Part shown: one piece after another, positions 51,771 to 64,000 of the stretch
Layout: each line of letters starts with the position of its first letter
How positions within the stretch are numbered: the stretch's first letter is position 1
Source: Eledone cirrhosa
Taxonomy: Eukaryota
Direction of reading: 5' to 3'
Length of the DNA stretch: 64,000 nt
Assembly: GCA_964016885.1 (NCBI GenBank)
Contig: OZ024752.1
Span: 33,480,001-33,544,000, forward strand
The notes under the pieces: model-generated
What the model saw: only the letters and a program-made list of their open reading frames with translations
Database searches by the model: none
Told to the model about the DNA's origin: nothing
Program-made: the position numbers and the translations under genes

Positions 51771-53229
51771 ATTCACCTTACCATCAGGTGGTAACACTTA
51801 GAATTTAAGACTTTGTGAATTTACTCAGTAGTCACTATCAGTTTGTCCATGGTCAAGCAATCATGTAGAGGTTTCGTTGTTAACAGGTGTCATGTTATGT
51901 ACACCTTAAAGGTATTTACTAGGTTAATGATTTACCTGAAAAGTATTTTTTAAAAATACTTTTTACTGTGTCTTTGAAATCATTGACTAACATTTTCATT
52001 ACAAAAGCTAAAGTCTCACCATCATTGTTTTTACATTCATGTTTCCATGCTTACATGGGTTGGAGAGTTCTCAACTGAAAATATTTCTTAACAGTAAATG
52101 CTAATTATTTTACAAGCTTTAAAAAAGACTATCATTAGTTTAAAGGAGGATAATTTGCTATTTAGTTAAGTAGATCATTCTTCATGAGTTGATATTGGTA
52201 AACCTTTAGTTACATATACAAACGAGGATGTAGGTCATATATTTTGTTTTTGATATTTTTACCTTGTTATTTATTGTTTGTTTTTCTTTTAATTTCATTG
52301 GTTAACATTGTTTGGTGTATTGATTTACTGTTGCTGGAATATTTAATGCTTGGTGATGCTGACATGCACTGAACTGAGTATAGTATCATTCTATATGGCA
52401 GTAAAAGCTTAACTTTACCAGATTTTTTTAGCTTTCTTCTACTGTGGTCATGCGTGGCTGCTGCCTTCAAGGGTTTGAGTTAAAACAACCACAGTATTTA
52501 CTCTGGTATTTTCTTTTAAATCTTTGTTTAGTAACAGCCAAGTTCACCTTTGGTGTAAAAAGGACAAAGTAGTTCATGTAATTAGAATTTCAGTTTATTT
52601 TTCACATCCTTTCTGGATATTTCTTTCCCTACCTGCTCATAATGTTTAAACTAAAATTTAGCCAACAAGAAATCAAACCAAGACTAAGCTAAGTAAATCT
52701 AAGCCTTTTTGTTTCTTATTGATTCTAACATTCCTGCTGGAACTAAAGACAACAGAAACATTGCTTTCCTAGGATCTGTTTTGTTTCAGATTAGCAAAGT
52801 CAAAGTAAACTTGAACATGGTGCATGAGCATGTACTGAATAATTTCAAGGAAATAACAATGGATGTAGTAATGTTTTCAATTATATATCTTCATCATCAT
52901 TGTTTAATGTCCATTTTCCACACTTGCATGGGTTAGATGGGTTGTCAAGATATGAGACAAGTCAAAACATGGTCCAGAGACCACGTCTTGTTTATACGGA
53001 TCTGAATTTTGGTTTGGTTTCTGTCTCTGGATGCCCATCCTAACACCAACCACATTACAGTGTGAACTGGGTGCTTTTTATCATGTCACCAGCATGACCA
53101 CCTTACAGGATGCACTGTAATATATATGCATATTCCTTTCGTTTAATTTTGTCGTCGTTGGGGGTAGGGTTCTTTTATCTTGGCTGTAGCAAGAATTACC
53201 ATAATATCATTTTGCTGTAACAAGAACTA

Positions 53230-53445
53230 CCATCATCATCCAGTTTTGATTAAGCAGGACACAATCCCTAATAGAGGTGGGTCCTGCCTGACAACGCTCC
53301 TTAGCACCCCACTCCATCTGTTTCTGTCCATCAGTCTCACTTGGGCCGAGCCAAGCCTAGCTTGATCCTGACGGACATTCTCCATCCAACTCCTTTTTGG
53401 TCTTCCTGGGCCTCTGCTGACTCTTGGATCGACATTCATCACTTT
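53230..53445 (-). mobile_element. 3' fragment of a further RTE-like family (D)
   Basis: RGPGRPKRSWMENVRQD..DRNRW, with the stop adjacent to a (GAT)n tail. Confidence 0.7.
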
Positions 53446-54482
53446 ACTGAATACTCAATATGTAAACTAACAATCCAATAAGGGAGCCTCCACATTGCTA
53501 GAATCAATAGCTAAATCTTCATCAAACTATACCTTACCACCTTAAACAGTCGGAGTATCCATCAAAAAAACTAAACGCCTATTCTACAGATGCCAGGCAT
53601 GACTGTATAAAACATAGCATTTATGGAAAGAGAATCCTTATTTCTAACTACCTGTTACTAGGAAGCTTTTAGATAACTCCCCCTGGTATTATCTTCTTTC
53701 ATTTCATCTCACAAATCTTTAATCAGTGATACAAAATAATTCAGACATCAAATGCATTGCTTTAATTAATTCTTGACACTCTCATCCATATCAAAACTAT
53801 ATTGTTTCAGGTAAGATTCCTTCAGTAACCTGTTTATGAAGGATTCTTTCCTGTAATAGAGAGAACAGATTCTTTGCTAGTTCTCGCAGATGCTGTAGTA
53901 ATTTAGATTTTTTCAAAATATGTTGGTATCTTTCCTGTAAGTAAAATATGTTGGTAATCTTTTTAGTATCCTATGTCAGATGCAAGAAGATTGGTAAACT
54001 TAATTTTAAAGCACTAGCCCCACCCCCATTGTGTGTGTGTGTAAATAGAAAATTATTTATCTCAAGTATGATTGCAATAAGAGGACTCTATCAACGAAGA
54101 ATCAAACCCTGTGTAACTTTAGTGGGAGAGGAGAAATGAAAGTTGTTATATCTATGCATTAGTTGTATAAAAAAGTGGAATAATTTGGGTTTACTGGAAT
54201 TTTAGCCCCTAGTTTATGGAGTTTATATGTGCATTTGTAAATATATATATGTATAAATATGTGGATAGATGTAAGTTAATATATATTTATTCCCAAAGTG
54301 CTTTGTGAAAAACTATTTCCTGTATAAGATTAAGAAGATTGGAATCTCTGGAATGGTAGCATGAGGACACTGAAACTGTGGAGGGCAATATATTGGGGAC
54401 ACAATCTCTAAGAGATATTACATCATGGTGTTATTTGAGATAAATTAAAATATGTTGCTTAGGGAGAGAAAGCCTGTAAAAA

Positions 54483-54695
54483 TATATTACAACACAACTA
54501 TTATAGTTTTTACTGTAACTACTTGGTAGATAAATTCTTACTCTCTCATAGAAAGGAGTATATTACAATACAGCTGTTATAGTTTTTACTGTAACTACTT
54601 GGTAGATAAATTGTTACTCTCTCATAGAAAGGAGTATATTACAATACAGCTGTTATAGTTTTTACTGTAACATTACTAGAGAGTAAGAATTTATA
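54483..54695. repeat. About 74-bp tandem repeat, about 2.5 copies
   Basis: tatattacaa.aca.ct.ttatagtttttactgtaac occurs three times. Confidence 0.9.
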
Positions 54696-55411
54696 TCATA
54701 CATCAAGTAGAGAGGAATAATGTCTACCACTTTAACAAAAGCCGCCCTTGTGTAGGGGTTGTAAAGTTCATTAGCAAAAATGAAAAAAAAGTTATAAAGA
54801 GAGTAGCACACTTATTGTTTAAAACTTTTATGTAGAACCTTTTTTGTTTAAAAACATTGTATTTTTTAAAATATCATTTCATGAAAATATTAAACCATAG
54901 ATGAATAATTTATGAGAGAATTTGTGGCAGGTGTGAAGTAAAATGTGATGATATATGGAATATTTTAAAGGTAAATTTAGAATCTTGATTTGGGTTGGAG
55001 TAAATTGATAAAAGTGTTAGCACTGTTTTCATATTTTTTCTTCTCTTTCATTTTTATACAGTGTTATAGTGAGCCTACATGCAATTAAGTTATTCATGTT
55101 TAGCTGATCAATATTAGCATGAAAGTAATCACAAGCCTTGATGAAGGCTTGATTTGAAGTTGTGTATATTGGCAAAATTGTGTTATATTAGAAGCTTCAA
55201 TGTGTTTCTTATTGTGTAATTATTGTGAAATTAGTTTATCAAATACAATGATTGTTAACATTAATAAGACTACCTACCCTTACTCAATATTTACCTGTAT
55301 GTTATACAGGTATGTTGTTTAAGTACAGTTCAACAAGACATGTAAGTTGTAAAATTTAAAAGCCAAACTTCATATATTGGATTGTAAATGTATGCCAGTT
55401 GTTGTCACTTT

Positions 55412-55753
55412 ATAGGTAAAGACCCCCTTCGGTTACGAATGATCATGGGGTTAACACCTAGAAAGTTCCTCTCCGAGGCACAAGTCCAGGCAAGGTTGTT
55501 TGTGGAAGACCAGCTGTCACCCATGCATACCAATCCCCCCTCTCCACGCCACCGATATTGTCCAGGGGAAAGGCAAAGGCTGATACAGCTTGGCACCAGT
55601 GATGTCGCAACTCATTTCTACAGCAGAGTGAACTGGAGCAACGTGAAATAAGGTGTCTTGTTCAAGAACACAACATAAAGCCCGGTCTGAGAATCAAACT
55701 CACAACCTCGTGATTGTAAGTCTGATGCTCTAACCACTAAGCCACGTGCCTTC
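55412..55753 (-). mobile_element. Full-length CORE-like SINE with a third type of 3' half
   Basis: Head/core at 55610-55753 matches the 1014 family. 55412-55610 is unrelated to the RTE tail. Confidence 0.8.
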
Positions 55754-56212
55754 ACTTTGTAGCACAGTTTGCCTAATGTAATTTGTAACATACAGCTAGC
55801 ATTTTAAGGCGATTCCCCCCCCCCCTTGCTAAAGCAGAGGTTAACCTAGTGGGCCCCATGAAAAGCTTCACACATATCATGGGGTTCTTTTTGTAGCAGT
55901 GTTTTATGGCTGGGTGCCCTTTCTGGTGCCAACCCTTTTAGATGCCTCTTACAACATGCAGGGACATGGTGTACCTAACAGGTCAGTAAAATTGTTGGAG
56001 CCAGGAAGGGCATCTGACCATAAAACATTGCTTCAAAAAGGACCCTATGTAGGAAACCTTGAAATGTTAAGTGATGTCTAACTTCTCTTGTTTCTTACTT
56101 TATCCCCCTCCCTCTCTCTCAATACAAAGATTATAAGACCAGACATACAAAAAAACAAAACAAAGGATCCAATATATTTTAAAGCCAAGTAAGAAATTTG
56201 TATAAATATTAA

Positions 56213-56396
56213 TCCCAGTGGAAGGAAGACACAGTAGAGGAAGACCACAAAAAACATGGGCGGAGGTGGTGAGAGCTGACCTGAAATCGCTGAAGGTCTC
56301 AGAGAGTACAAATGGAGAGATACTGTGCTGAAGAGGACCCATCCCACCCTTGCAAGCAGGGAAAAGCAGACGTAAAATGATGATTATGATGATCAT
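56213..56396 (+). mobile_element. RTE family A 3' fragment
   Basis: [27 protein letters not shown]..cccttgcaagcagggaaaagcagacgtaaaatgatg. Confidence 0.88.
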
Positions 56397-56619
56397 CTGA
56401 CAGTTGTGCAAATGTTTCAAATCTTATTGAATGAATAACTAATAAATGTTTGTTGATTTTCAAACCAACAAACAGAATTGTCCTCATAACAAGTGGTAAG
56501 AAATTCTCAGGAGAGCTGGACAGCAGGTGGTCTTCAGAGAAGAACTTCTCCTCCCAACAATTTCGAGTAAAATCTGAATCTGTGGAAAATGGTGTTGTAG
56601 CTAGTTGGACACAGGAATG

Positions 56620-56930
56620 GTATGGTGTGGTCCTGTAACTCCTAATGGAGTTGTAGGTGCGCCGTAGTGGCATGCATCGTTCCTTCAACATTTTAATCCT
56701 GGAAGAGCTCATCTCTCTCCAGGTCTGCACACAATGTGAGAAGGATAGTGAGAGTGAGGAATTGAGAAAGAGATATAGAATCAACCCCAGTACTAGACTG
56801 GTATTTTTTTTTATATTGACTTTGAATGGATGAAAGGTAAAGTTGACCGTGGCAAGATTTGAACTGAGAGAGCTGGAACAAATACTGCAAAACACTTTCT
56901 CTGACGTTCTAACGACTCTGCCATTTTCCT
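56620..56930 (-). mobile_element. SINE with Meta/MESC-like core and (CCATA)n-ending tail
   Basis: Homologous to 475-740 and 62615-62860. Confidence 0.75.
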
Positions 56931-57013
56931 GCTTTAATCTATTCTTTGGACAGGAATATATTAAATTAAAAACAAAAGTTATTTGACTTTGAGTTCACAA
57001 AATTCCTGCTTGT

Positions 57014-57065
<52 letters not shown>

Positions 57066-57787
57066 CATGAAGGATCACTCAAGAACAGCATCTTTTTTTT
57101 AAAAAACAAAGGAAAAATCTTCTAGTTGTATGATGGCAGACTTGCTACAGAGATGTCTGCTAAACCAACTGGCATTTATTTATTTTAGAAAAAAAACAAT
57201 TGTTTTTTTGGTTTGTAACACTTGAAATAGACTTACCTCACATTGAAACTACTTTGTTTTATTTGGCTTAGAATTCTTGTTTTTCATACATATTTTTTTT
57301 GCTCTCATAGTTGAAAATATACTTTTTGTCATAGTTAATGTATAAGTAATTTTTTTAAAGAATCTAGTTAATTGCTTTCTAAAAATTATTGATTGTATTC
57401 AGTTCTGTCTGTCTCCTTCCCTATATATGTGTATCCCTCTATCTCTCTCCCAACTCCCCTCTCTCCCTCATCAGATGATTGGTTAATTTTTACAAACTAA
57501 CAGATAAATAAATTACTACACCATTCTGATTCAATCTTTAATGTCTTCCGTAGCAAATATTTTAACTACTTTCATCACATCCATCTTCCAAACTGGAATG
57601 GGTTGGTCAGATTGTCACAGTCTGAGATTGGAGTTGTGTTGAAGTGACTTCCTCTTGCTCATACATATTCCATGTTTGGCATAGTTTCTACTGCTGGATT
57701 ACCTTCCTAATGCCAACCACTTTACAAAGTGTACTGGGGTGTATTTTATTGTGGCACCAGCAATTTATATGCTCTTCCAGGGTTGTT

Positions 57788-57922
57788 ATTTCCCTTTACG
57801 ATCTGAGTTCAAATCCCGCCGAGGTTGACTTTGCCTTTCATCCTTACGGGGTCGATAAAATAAAGTACCAGTAATGCACTGGGTAATTGCTGGCCTTGTG
57901 CCTAAAGTAGAAACAGTTATTA
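57788..57922 (+). mobile_element. 5'-truncated young SINE
   Basis: Nearly identical to 2750-2880. Confidence 0.92.
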
Positions 57923-59213
57923 TTCTGTTCTGTTAATAATGTATTCTCTGACAGGAGAGTGCCCCCCCCCCCCTGTTATTTGTTGAGCTAAATATTTGGT
58001 CTACAGACCTCTTGTACTTCTTAATACAGTTTATCCAACAAATCACACTGGTCACGTATATTTGAAAATGTTCTTACCAGTCAGTATTCCTGACCTCAAC
58101 AAAATAAACACCCTCATAACATGAAGTATACAACTTTATCATACTTTGTGACAGTTAGAAGGATGTGATATTTTTTTTATTAAAGGATGGCATAATAAAA
58201 ATAGTGAAAGGGCAGTGGATTGACAGTATTAGTAGAGCATTGAACAACATGCTTTACAGCATATAGTTAGGGTCCTTTTTGCTCTGAGTTTAAACCCTGT
58301 TGAAGTTAATTCAGCAGCTACTTCCTAGAAATGTTTTTTTTTTTTATGATCATCATACATCCTTTGTTCCATGCTTGCATGGGTTATATGGGTACTTTTC
58401 ATTACATCATCTCTCCACTTGTCACACTATGATCATATGATGATAGAAAAAGTTCACTAAGAGCTGCCATTTGTTGCAAGTGGGAGAAAGAAAACAAACA
58501 AAAAAGACCATTTTTTTTTTTCTTTCTTGACAGGATACAATTATAAAGCAGGTTATAATAAACCAATTTGCAATGCATTAACTTCAACATAATATTGTTC
58601 AACTTTATAGGAACATCGTTAGGAACATCGGTTGCCTCGTGCACTCATTAATATGGTAATTAACAATCAATCATTGGCAGCATTACTGACAATTTTATCA
58701 AAGTTGATGTTGCTAAGCAGAATAGTTTGGTGATTAAACCATGTTCAGAGGCAGTGTTATAATGACATCAACACAGCACTGTCCCTCAAATTAGACGAAT
58801 ATGAAAAGTTGTAAAAACATCAGTCACTGTTAGTTATGTTTCTACTAAGAGGTCAGACTTGGATAGGGTCCTAGATCTCACCAGTGGTATTTTAGTTTTT
58901 TCTTTTTTTTTTTTAGTGGATTGACATTATTAGTAGGGCGTCAGACAACATGCTTCATGCATGACATTATGATTGAATTGACCCTAGTACATTACTGATA
59001 CTTTATTTTATCAGCCCCATAAGGATGAAAGGCAAAGCTAACCTTGGCAGGATTTGAATTTAGAACATAAAGGACCATGTTGTTCAACATTCTACCGATA
59101 CTGTTAATCCATATTTCTAATGAAAGACACTGTTTATAATCTTGAAATAATTTTGAAAATAATCAAGGATTTAGAGACACGTAATTTAACCTTCTCATTA
59201 TTTAACTGGTGTA

Positions 59214-59396
59214 AGGGTGGTGCATTGGCAGTATCGGTAGAGGGTCAGACACCATGCTTTGCAGCATAGAGTTGTGGCCCTTTATGATCTGAGTTCAAAT
59301 CCCGCCGATGTTAACTTTGCCTTTCATCCTTACGGGGTCGATTTAATTGACTTTCCCTTTCCCCAAAATTGCTGGCCTTGTCCCTATATAAGAAAA
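59214..59396 (+). mobile_element. SINE with 18-bp TSD
   Basis: cattatttaactggtgta (59196) and cattacttagctggtgta (59397). Confidence 0.88.
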
Positions 59397-59782
59397 CATT
59401 ACTTAGCTGGTGTAGCATAATTTAACAAATGTTCTTGCATAACAATATCATGGAAAGTTAGATAAATATAATTAAAATAGTCTTGTATGATAGAATGAAG
59501 TGAGGTTTCAGGCTGTTTGGTATCAAAATGGTTAAAACTAGGTTGCAGATGGTAACTTGATGTGTTATTATTGGCTTACATGTAGAATGGTATATATTGG
59601 ATTATTTTACCTGGATGCAGGTGTAGATAAACCTATTAGATATCATATATGTTTAGTTCTGGTGGTTAATTTAGTAAAAGCATGAACATTTCACGTTGTT
59701 TTTGTATTAAGTTACATTAAACTTATCCTGCTAACGGTTTCATATTGATGAAAACACAATTTGACATAGTTTTTGACACAAT

Positions 59783-59990
59783 CATCATCATCATCATCAT
59801 CATCATCACCGTTTAACATCTTTTTTCTATGCTAGCATAGGTTAGAGGAGTTGTCCTGTTGTGAACAATGCCAGGTCAGGGGACCATGTCTTGCTCATAC
59901 AGAACTAGTTCTGGCCTGGTTTCTACAGCTGGATGCCCTTCCTAACGCCAACCTCATTTACAGTTAGGACTGGGTGCTTTTTGTTTTGAC
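59783..59990 (-). mobile_element. RTE-type 3' module with (GAT)n tail
   Basis: Same family as 22421-22600. Confidence 0.82.
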
Positions 59991-61300
59991 ACCTACACAA
60001 CCACTTTACGGTGTGGGTTGCGTGCTTTTTGTCGTGACACCTACACAATCCCTTTACAGTGTGGGTTGGGTGCTTTTTGTCGTGACACCTACACAATCCC
60101 TTTACAGTGTGGGCTGGGTGCTTTTTGTCGTGACACCCACACAGTCCCTTTACAGTGTGGGCTGGGTGCTTTTTGTCGTGACACCCACACAGTCCCTTTA
60201 CAGTGTAGGCTGGGTGCCTTTTGTTGTGACACCTACACAATCCCTTTACAGTGTGGGTTGGGTGCTTTTTGTCGTGACACCTACACAATCCCTTTACAGT
60301 GTGGGTTGGGTGCTTTTTGTCGTGACACCTACACAATCCCTTTACAGTGTGGGCTGGGTGCTTTTTGTCGTGACACCTACACAATCCCTTTACAGTGTGG
60401 GCTGGGTGCTTTTTGTCGTGACACCTACACAATCCCTTTACAGTGTGGGTTGGGTGCTTTTTGTCGTGACACCTACACAATCCCTTTACAGTGTGGGCTG
60501 GGTGCTTTTTGTCGTGACACCTACACAATCCCTTTACAGTGTGGGTTGGGTGCTTTTTGTCGTGACACCTACACAATCCCTTTACAGTGTGGGCTGGGTG
60601 CTTTTTGTCGTGACACCTACACAATCCCTTTACAGTGTGGGCTGGGTGCTTTTTGTCGTGACACCTACACAACCACTTTACAGTGTGGGTTGGGTGCTTT
60701 TTGTCGTGACACCTACACAATCCCTTTACAGTGTGGGTTGGGTGCTTTTTGTCGTAACACCTACACAGTCCCTTTACAGTGTGGGTTGGGTGCTTTTTGT
60801 CGTGACACCTACACAATCCCTTTACAGTGTGGGTTGGGTGCTTTTTGTCGTGACACCTACACAATCCCTTTACAGTGTGGGTTGGGTGCTTTTTGTCATG
60901 ACACCCACACAATCCCTTTACAGTGTGGGTTGGGTGCTTTTTGTCGTGACACCTACACAATCCCTTTACAGTGTGGGTTGCATGCTTTTTGTCGTGACAC
61001 CTACACAATCCCTTTACAGTGTGGGCTGGGTGCTTTTTGTCATGACACCCACACAATCCCTTTACAGTGTGGGTTGCGTGCTTTTTGTCGTGACACCTAC
61101 ACAATCCCTTTACAGTGTGGGTTGGGTGCTTTTTGTCATGACACCCACACAATCCCTTTACAGTGTGGGTTGCGTGCTTTTTGTCGTGACACCTACATAA
61201 TCCCTTTACAGTGTAGGCTGGGTGCTTTTTGTCGTGACACCTACACAACCACTTTACAGTGTGGGCTGGGTGTTTTTTGCTGTGTCGCCATCACGACCAC
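59990..61300. repeat. 48-bp tandem array, about 27 copies
   Basis: cctacacaatccctttacagtgtgggttgggtgctttttgtcgtgaca. The 16-aa periodic pseudo-ORFs come from this unit. Confidence 0.97.
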
Positions 61301-61459
61301 TTTATACATACATAATTTACTCTCACAAATATTTGAATACAACAATTTTATGATAGAAATATGCATCTGTACGGCACAAACGTGTTTGTTCTCAAAAAAT
61401 ATATTTCCATTCCTTCTTCTTCTCACTCTTTATCTTTCTGTTTCATCTTTTATTTCTCA

Positions 61460-61595
61460 CTCTATCCTCTGATGAAGGACTAGTGTCCGAAATGTAAAGA
61501 CTCTTTTTCTACTATATCAAGCGTTAAACTAATATATTTCTTCATTGCACGGTGTTGTGTGCTTCGTTGTTTCAGTTTACTTTGTTGCATGTATA
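61460..61595 (+). mobile_element. Penelope-like terminal fragment with minimal hammerhead motif (61469-61497)
   Basis: CTGATGA-A-GGAC-tagt-GTCC-GAAA-T-GTA. Homologous to 9946-10070 (-). Confidence 0.65.
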
Positions 61596-61676
61596 TACAC
61601 ACACACACACATATATATAAGTACGTACACACACATATATATATATGTACACACACACACACACACACATATATAT

Positions 61677-61793
61677 AAAAGCTCAGCTGTCGGGGGTCCC
61701 GACTCCTTCATATTACCACACTCTACTACCTCAAGTAACGAGTACTCTGGTGAGTAATGGTCTAACAGGTTTTTACCACATCCATTCTGATTT
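61677..61793 (+). mobile_element. Short (TA)n-embedded element (family of 7483/28866/32104)
   Basis: agctcagctGTCgggggtcccgactc..ctctactacctcaagtaacgagtactctggtg..ttaccaca, flanked by TA. Confidence 0.72.
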
Positions 61794-62061
61794 ATATATA
61801 TAATGAAAATATCAGTATATAAAAGTATATCGACTTGTTGACCAATGACCCCTAAATGTAAAGGCGCCAACATTTCCAAACAGCGAGAACTCACAAGATA
61901 TTGTTATTGGTACAACAATTTAGATATCTTGTACAAAAACATATAGAACATGTAATTAGAACAATGAAATATTTCTGACTTTATATTAGCAATATGTGTA
62001 CATGTATGTGTATATATGAGTATATGTGTACATGTATGTGTATATATGAGTGTATGTGTAC

Positions 62062-62111
<50 letters not shown>

Positions 62112-62614
62112 ATGTGTAGAATATGCATACATGTTAATACACTTTGTGATACTATAGATATTTCATTTGAATATTTGAATACTTTTTATTTTTCATACTT
62201 TAGAACATTTGTTGTTATTGAAAATAAAAAACATTATCAATGACCGATTACGTTTTGTTTTTCTGCTTTGGTCTTTGTTCTTTTCACAATCTCTGCCAAC
62301 TTGGAAACAAGAATATAAAACAAAAACAATTGTTATCATCATTGTTTTATAATAGTGAATTGTTTTCATCATTTTGAGGTTTTGCTCATATAACAAACGG
62401 CTTCGTTTTCCACTAGAATAATATTGGCACAAGATATGGAAATGTATTAAACAAGTTCTTTTGAATAAGAGTATATATTTATGACGGATGGCTTAAGTCA
62501 TTATAACTACAAGCGTGATAAACACAGTAGTTGACCTTCTATACTGTTATGAAATTTACCGAGAAACACCTTTTGTTTTTTTTGCTTCTTATGAAATGTT
62601 TTATATACCAGGCT

Positions 62615-62990
62615 AAGGTGCCGAATTGACAGAGTTGTTAGAATGTCGGATAGAATGCTTTACAGTATTCGTTTCGGCTATCTGTTCTTGGAGTTCAAAT
62701 CCTGTTGAGGTCAACTTTGCCTTTCGTTCATTCGAGGTTGATAAAGAAAAATACCAGTCAAGTACTGGATTGATTCTTCCTCTATATCTTTCTCACTGCT
62801 ATTCTCTCACTCTCTATCCTTCTCTGGAAGAAATCTGCTGTATTTAGATCTGGAGAGGATATGGTTAGCAAAGCCTTTCATCCTTACAGGGTCAATAACA
62901 TAAAGTACTAGTAATGCACTGGGGTTGATTTAATCGACTTTTCCACTCCCCCAAAATTGTTAGCCTTGTGCTTCAATCAGAAACCATTAT
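62615..62990 (+). mobile_element. Two SINEs (alternative-tail copy 62615-62860; standard 3' fragment 62872-62990)
   Basis: gagttcaaatcct B box, and the core is present twice. Confidence 0.8.
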
Positions 62991-64000
62991 TTTTTAACTT
63001 TACTGCTTTTTAAAAAAAAAATAAATTTTCATCTGTTGACATCACTGAAAATTTTGTCTTCAGAAAGACCAATTAATTATAAGGCCAAATAGTTTGTTTT
63101 TTCTTTCATTGTAACAACATATTTATGACAGGGTGTACAACTAAAGGGAGTTATGTTTAATAGCTATTACAAGTGCTGCCAATAGCAGTTGACTTGAAAA
63201 GGTCAAAAGTGGCACTACTTTAATTTTGAATTCATAAAATAAGGAAAAAAATGTTAGTATAGTATAATATATAAAAAGCAAATAAGTGTCAATTTTGTTG
63301 AAATGTCACATGTTTTGGTTATAACATTTCAGTTTTTCAACATTTTTGAAATAGGTAACTTGTTTAGAATTGATTGTGGGGTAGGGTTGAAGGTGGAAGG
63401 AAGGGGTAAGTTGTTATAGTAACATTGCTTGCTATGTTCTTTAGTTTAACAAATACAGATCTATGTATATCTAGAGTAAGGGCTTTGTTCTAGTAACATT
63501 GCTTGCTATGTTCTTAAGTTTAACATATATAGGGCCATGTATGTATTTATAGAGTAAGGGCTCCAAGTATTTCTGGTCATGTATGACATTTAATGTGATA
63601 TTAACTAGGAAATGATTAAACTGTGTGTTTTGTGGACATGTTGGAAGCATGACATTTTTGAAGACATCACACATGCTCATTACACCTCACCTCACTTTTG
63701 TGAGGGGATCATACAAATATACCCATATATTCCACCCCCACCGCTCTCTCTCCCCATTCTGTCCCCTCCCCCCTCATTACACCTCACTTTGATGAGAGGG
63801 AGTCATACAAACATACACATGTATTCCATCGCTCCCCTTCCTTTGTCTCATCTCCCTCTCTACAGTTTCACCTCCCCCTCTTGTTTTGTCCTTTATTTTA
63901 AAACTACCCCCCCCCCCCCCCCCCCCCACACACACACATGCACTTCCCATAGATTTGATTCACTGTAAGCTGTTGTGACTGTTATCACATGGAAATGTTA

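Noticed and set aside
59990-61300. CRISPR-like appearance of the arrays (also 5624, 22880 and 45720)
   Set aside because: There are no unique spacers and no cas genes, and the context is eukaryotic.
59923-61472. Cys/His-periodic 441-484 aa ORFs resembling a zinc-finger or metallothionein protein
   Set aside because: This is a 48-bp TE-derived tandem unit open in several frames, with no C2H2 spacing or linker.

Overview
This is AT-rich, repeat-dominated animal genomic DNA with a 200-N assembly gap at 11899-12098. The SINE/LINE content suggests an octopod cephalopod (inference). No host protein-coding exon can be supported, and almost all listed ORFs are microsatellite or antisense artefacts. 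The one convincing CDS is a 1019-aa RTE-clade LINE ORF (39305-42364, minus) with APE, RT and a PHD-like Cys cluster. It lies tail-to-tail with a decayed RTE of a second family. The rest consists of 3' fragments of about four RTE-like families, a CRE-like retrotransposon fragment, many tRNA-derived SINEs with swappable tails, Tc1/mariner- and piggyBac-type MITEs, TE-derived tandem arrays and very long (TA)n-based microsatellites. Four signals stand out: (1) short elements abutting (TA)n tracts that carry hammerhead-ribozyme-like cores, typical of Penelope-like elements; (2) one such family that repeatedly forms head-to-head fold-back insertions, one enclosing an inverted copy of about 195 bp of neighbouring DNA; (3) a co-varying pseudoknot-plus-hairpin RNA module shared by the 5'UTR of one RTE, the 3' region of another, a CORE-SINE and a 48-bp tandem array; (4) many local fold-backs and duplications. 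All comparisons were made by eye and boundaries are approximate.
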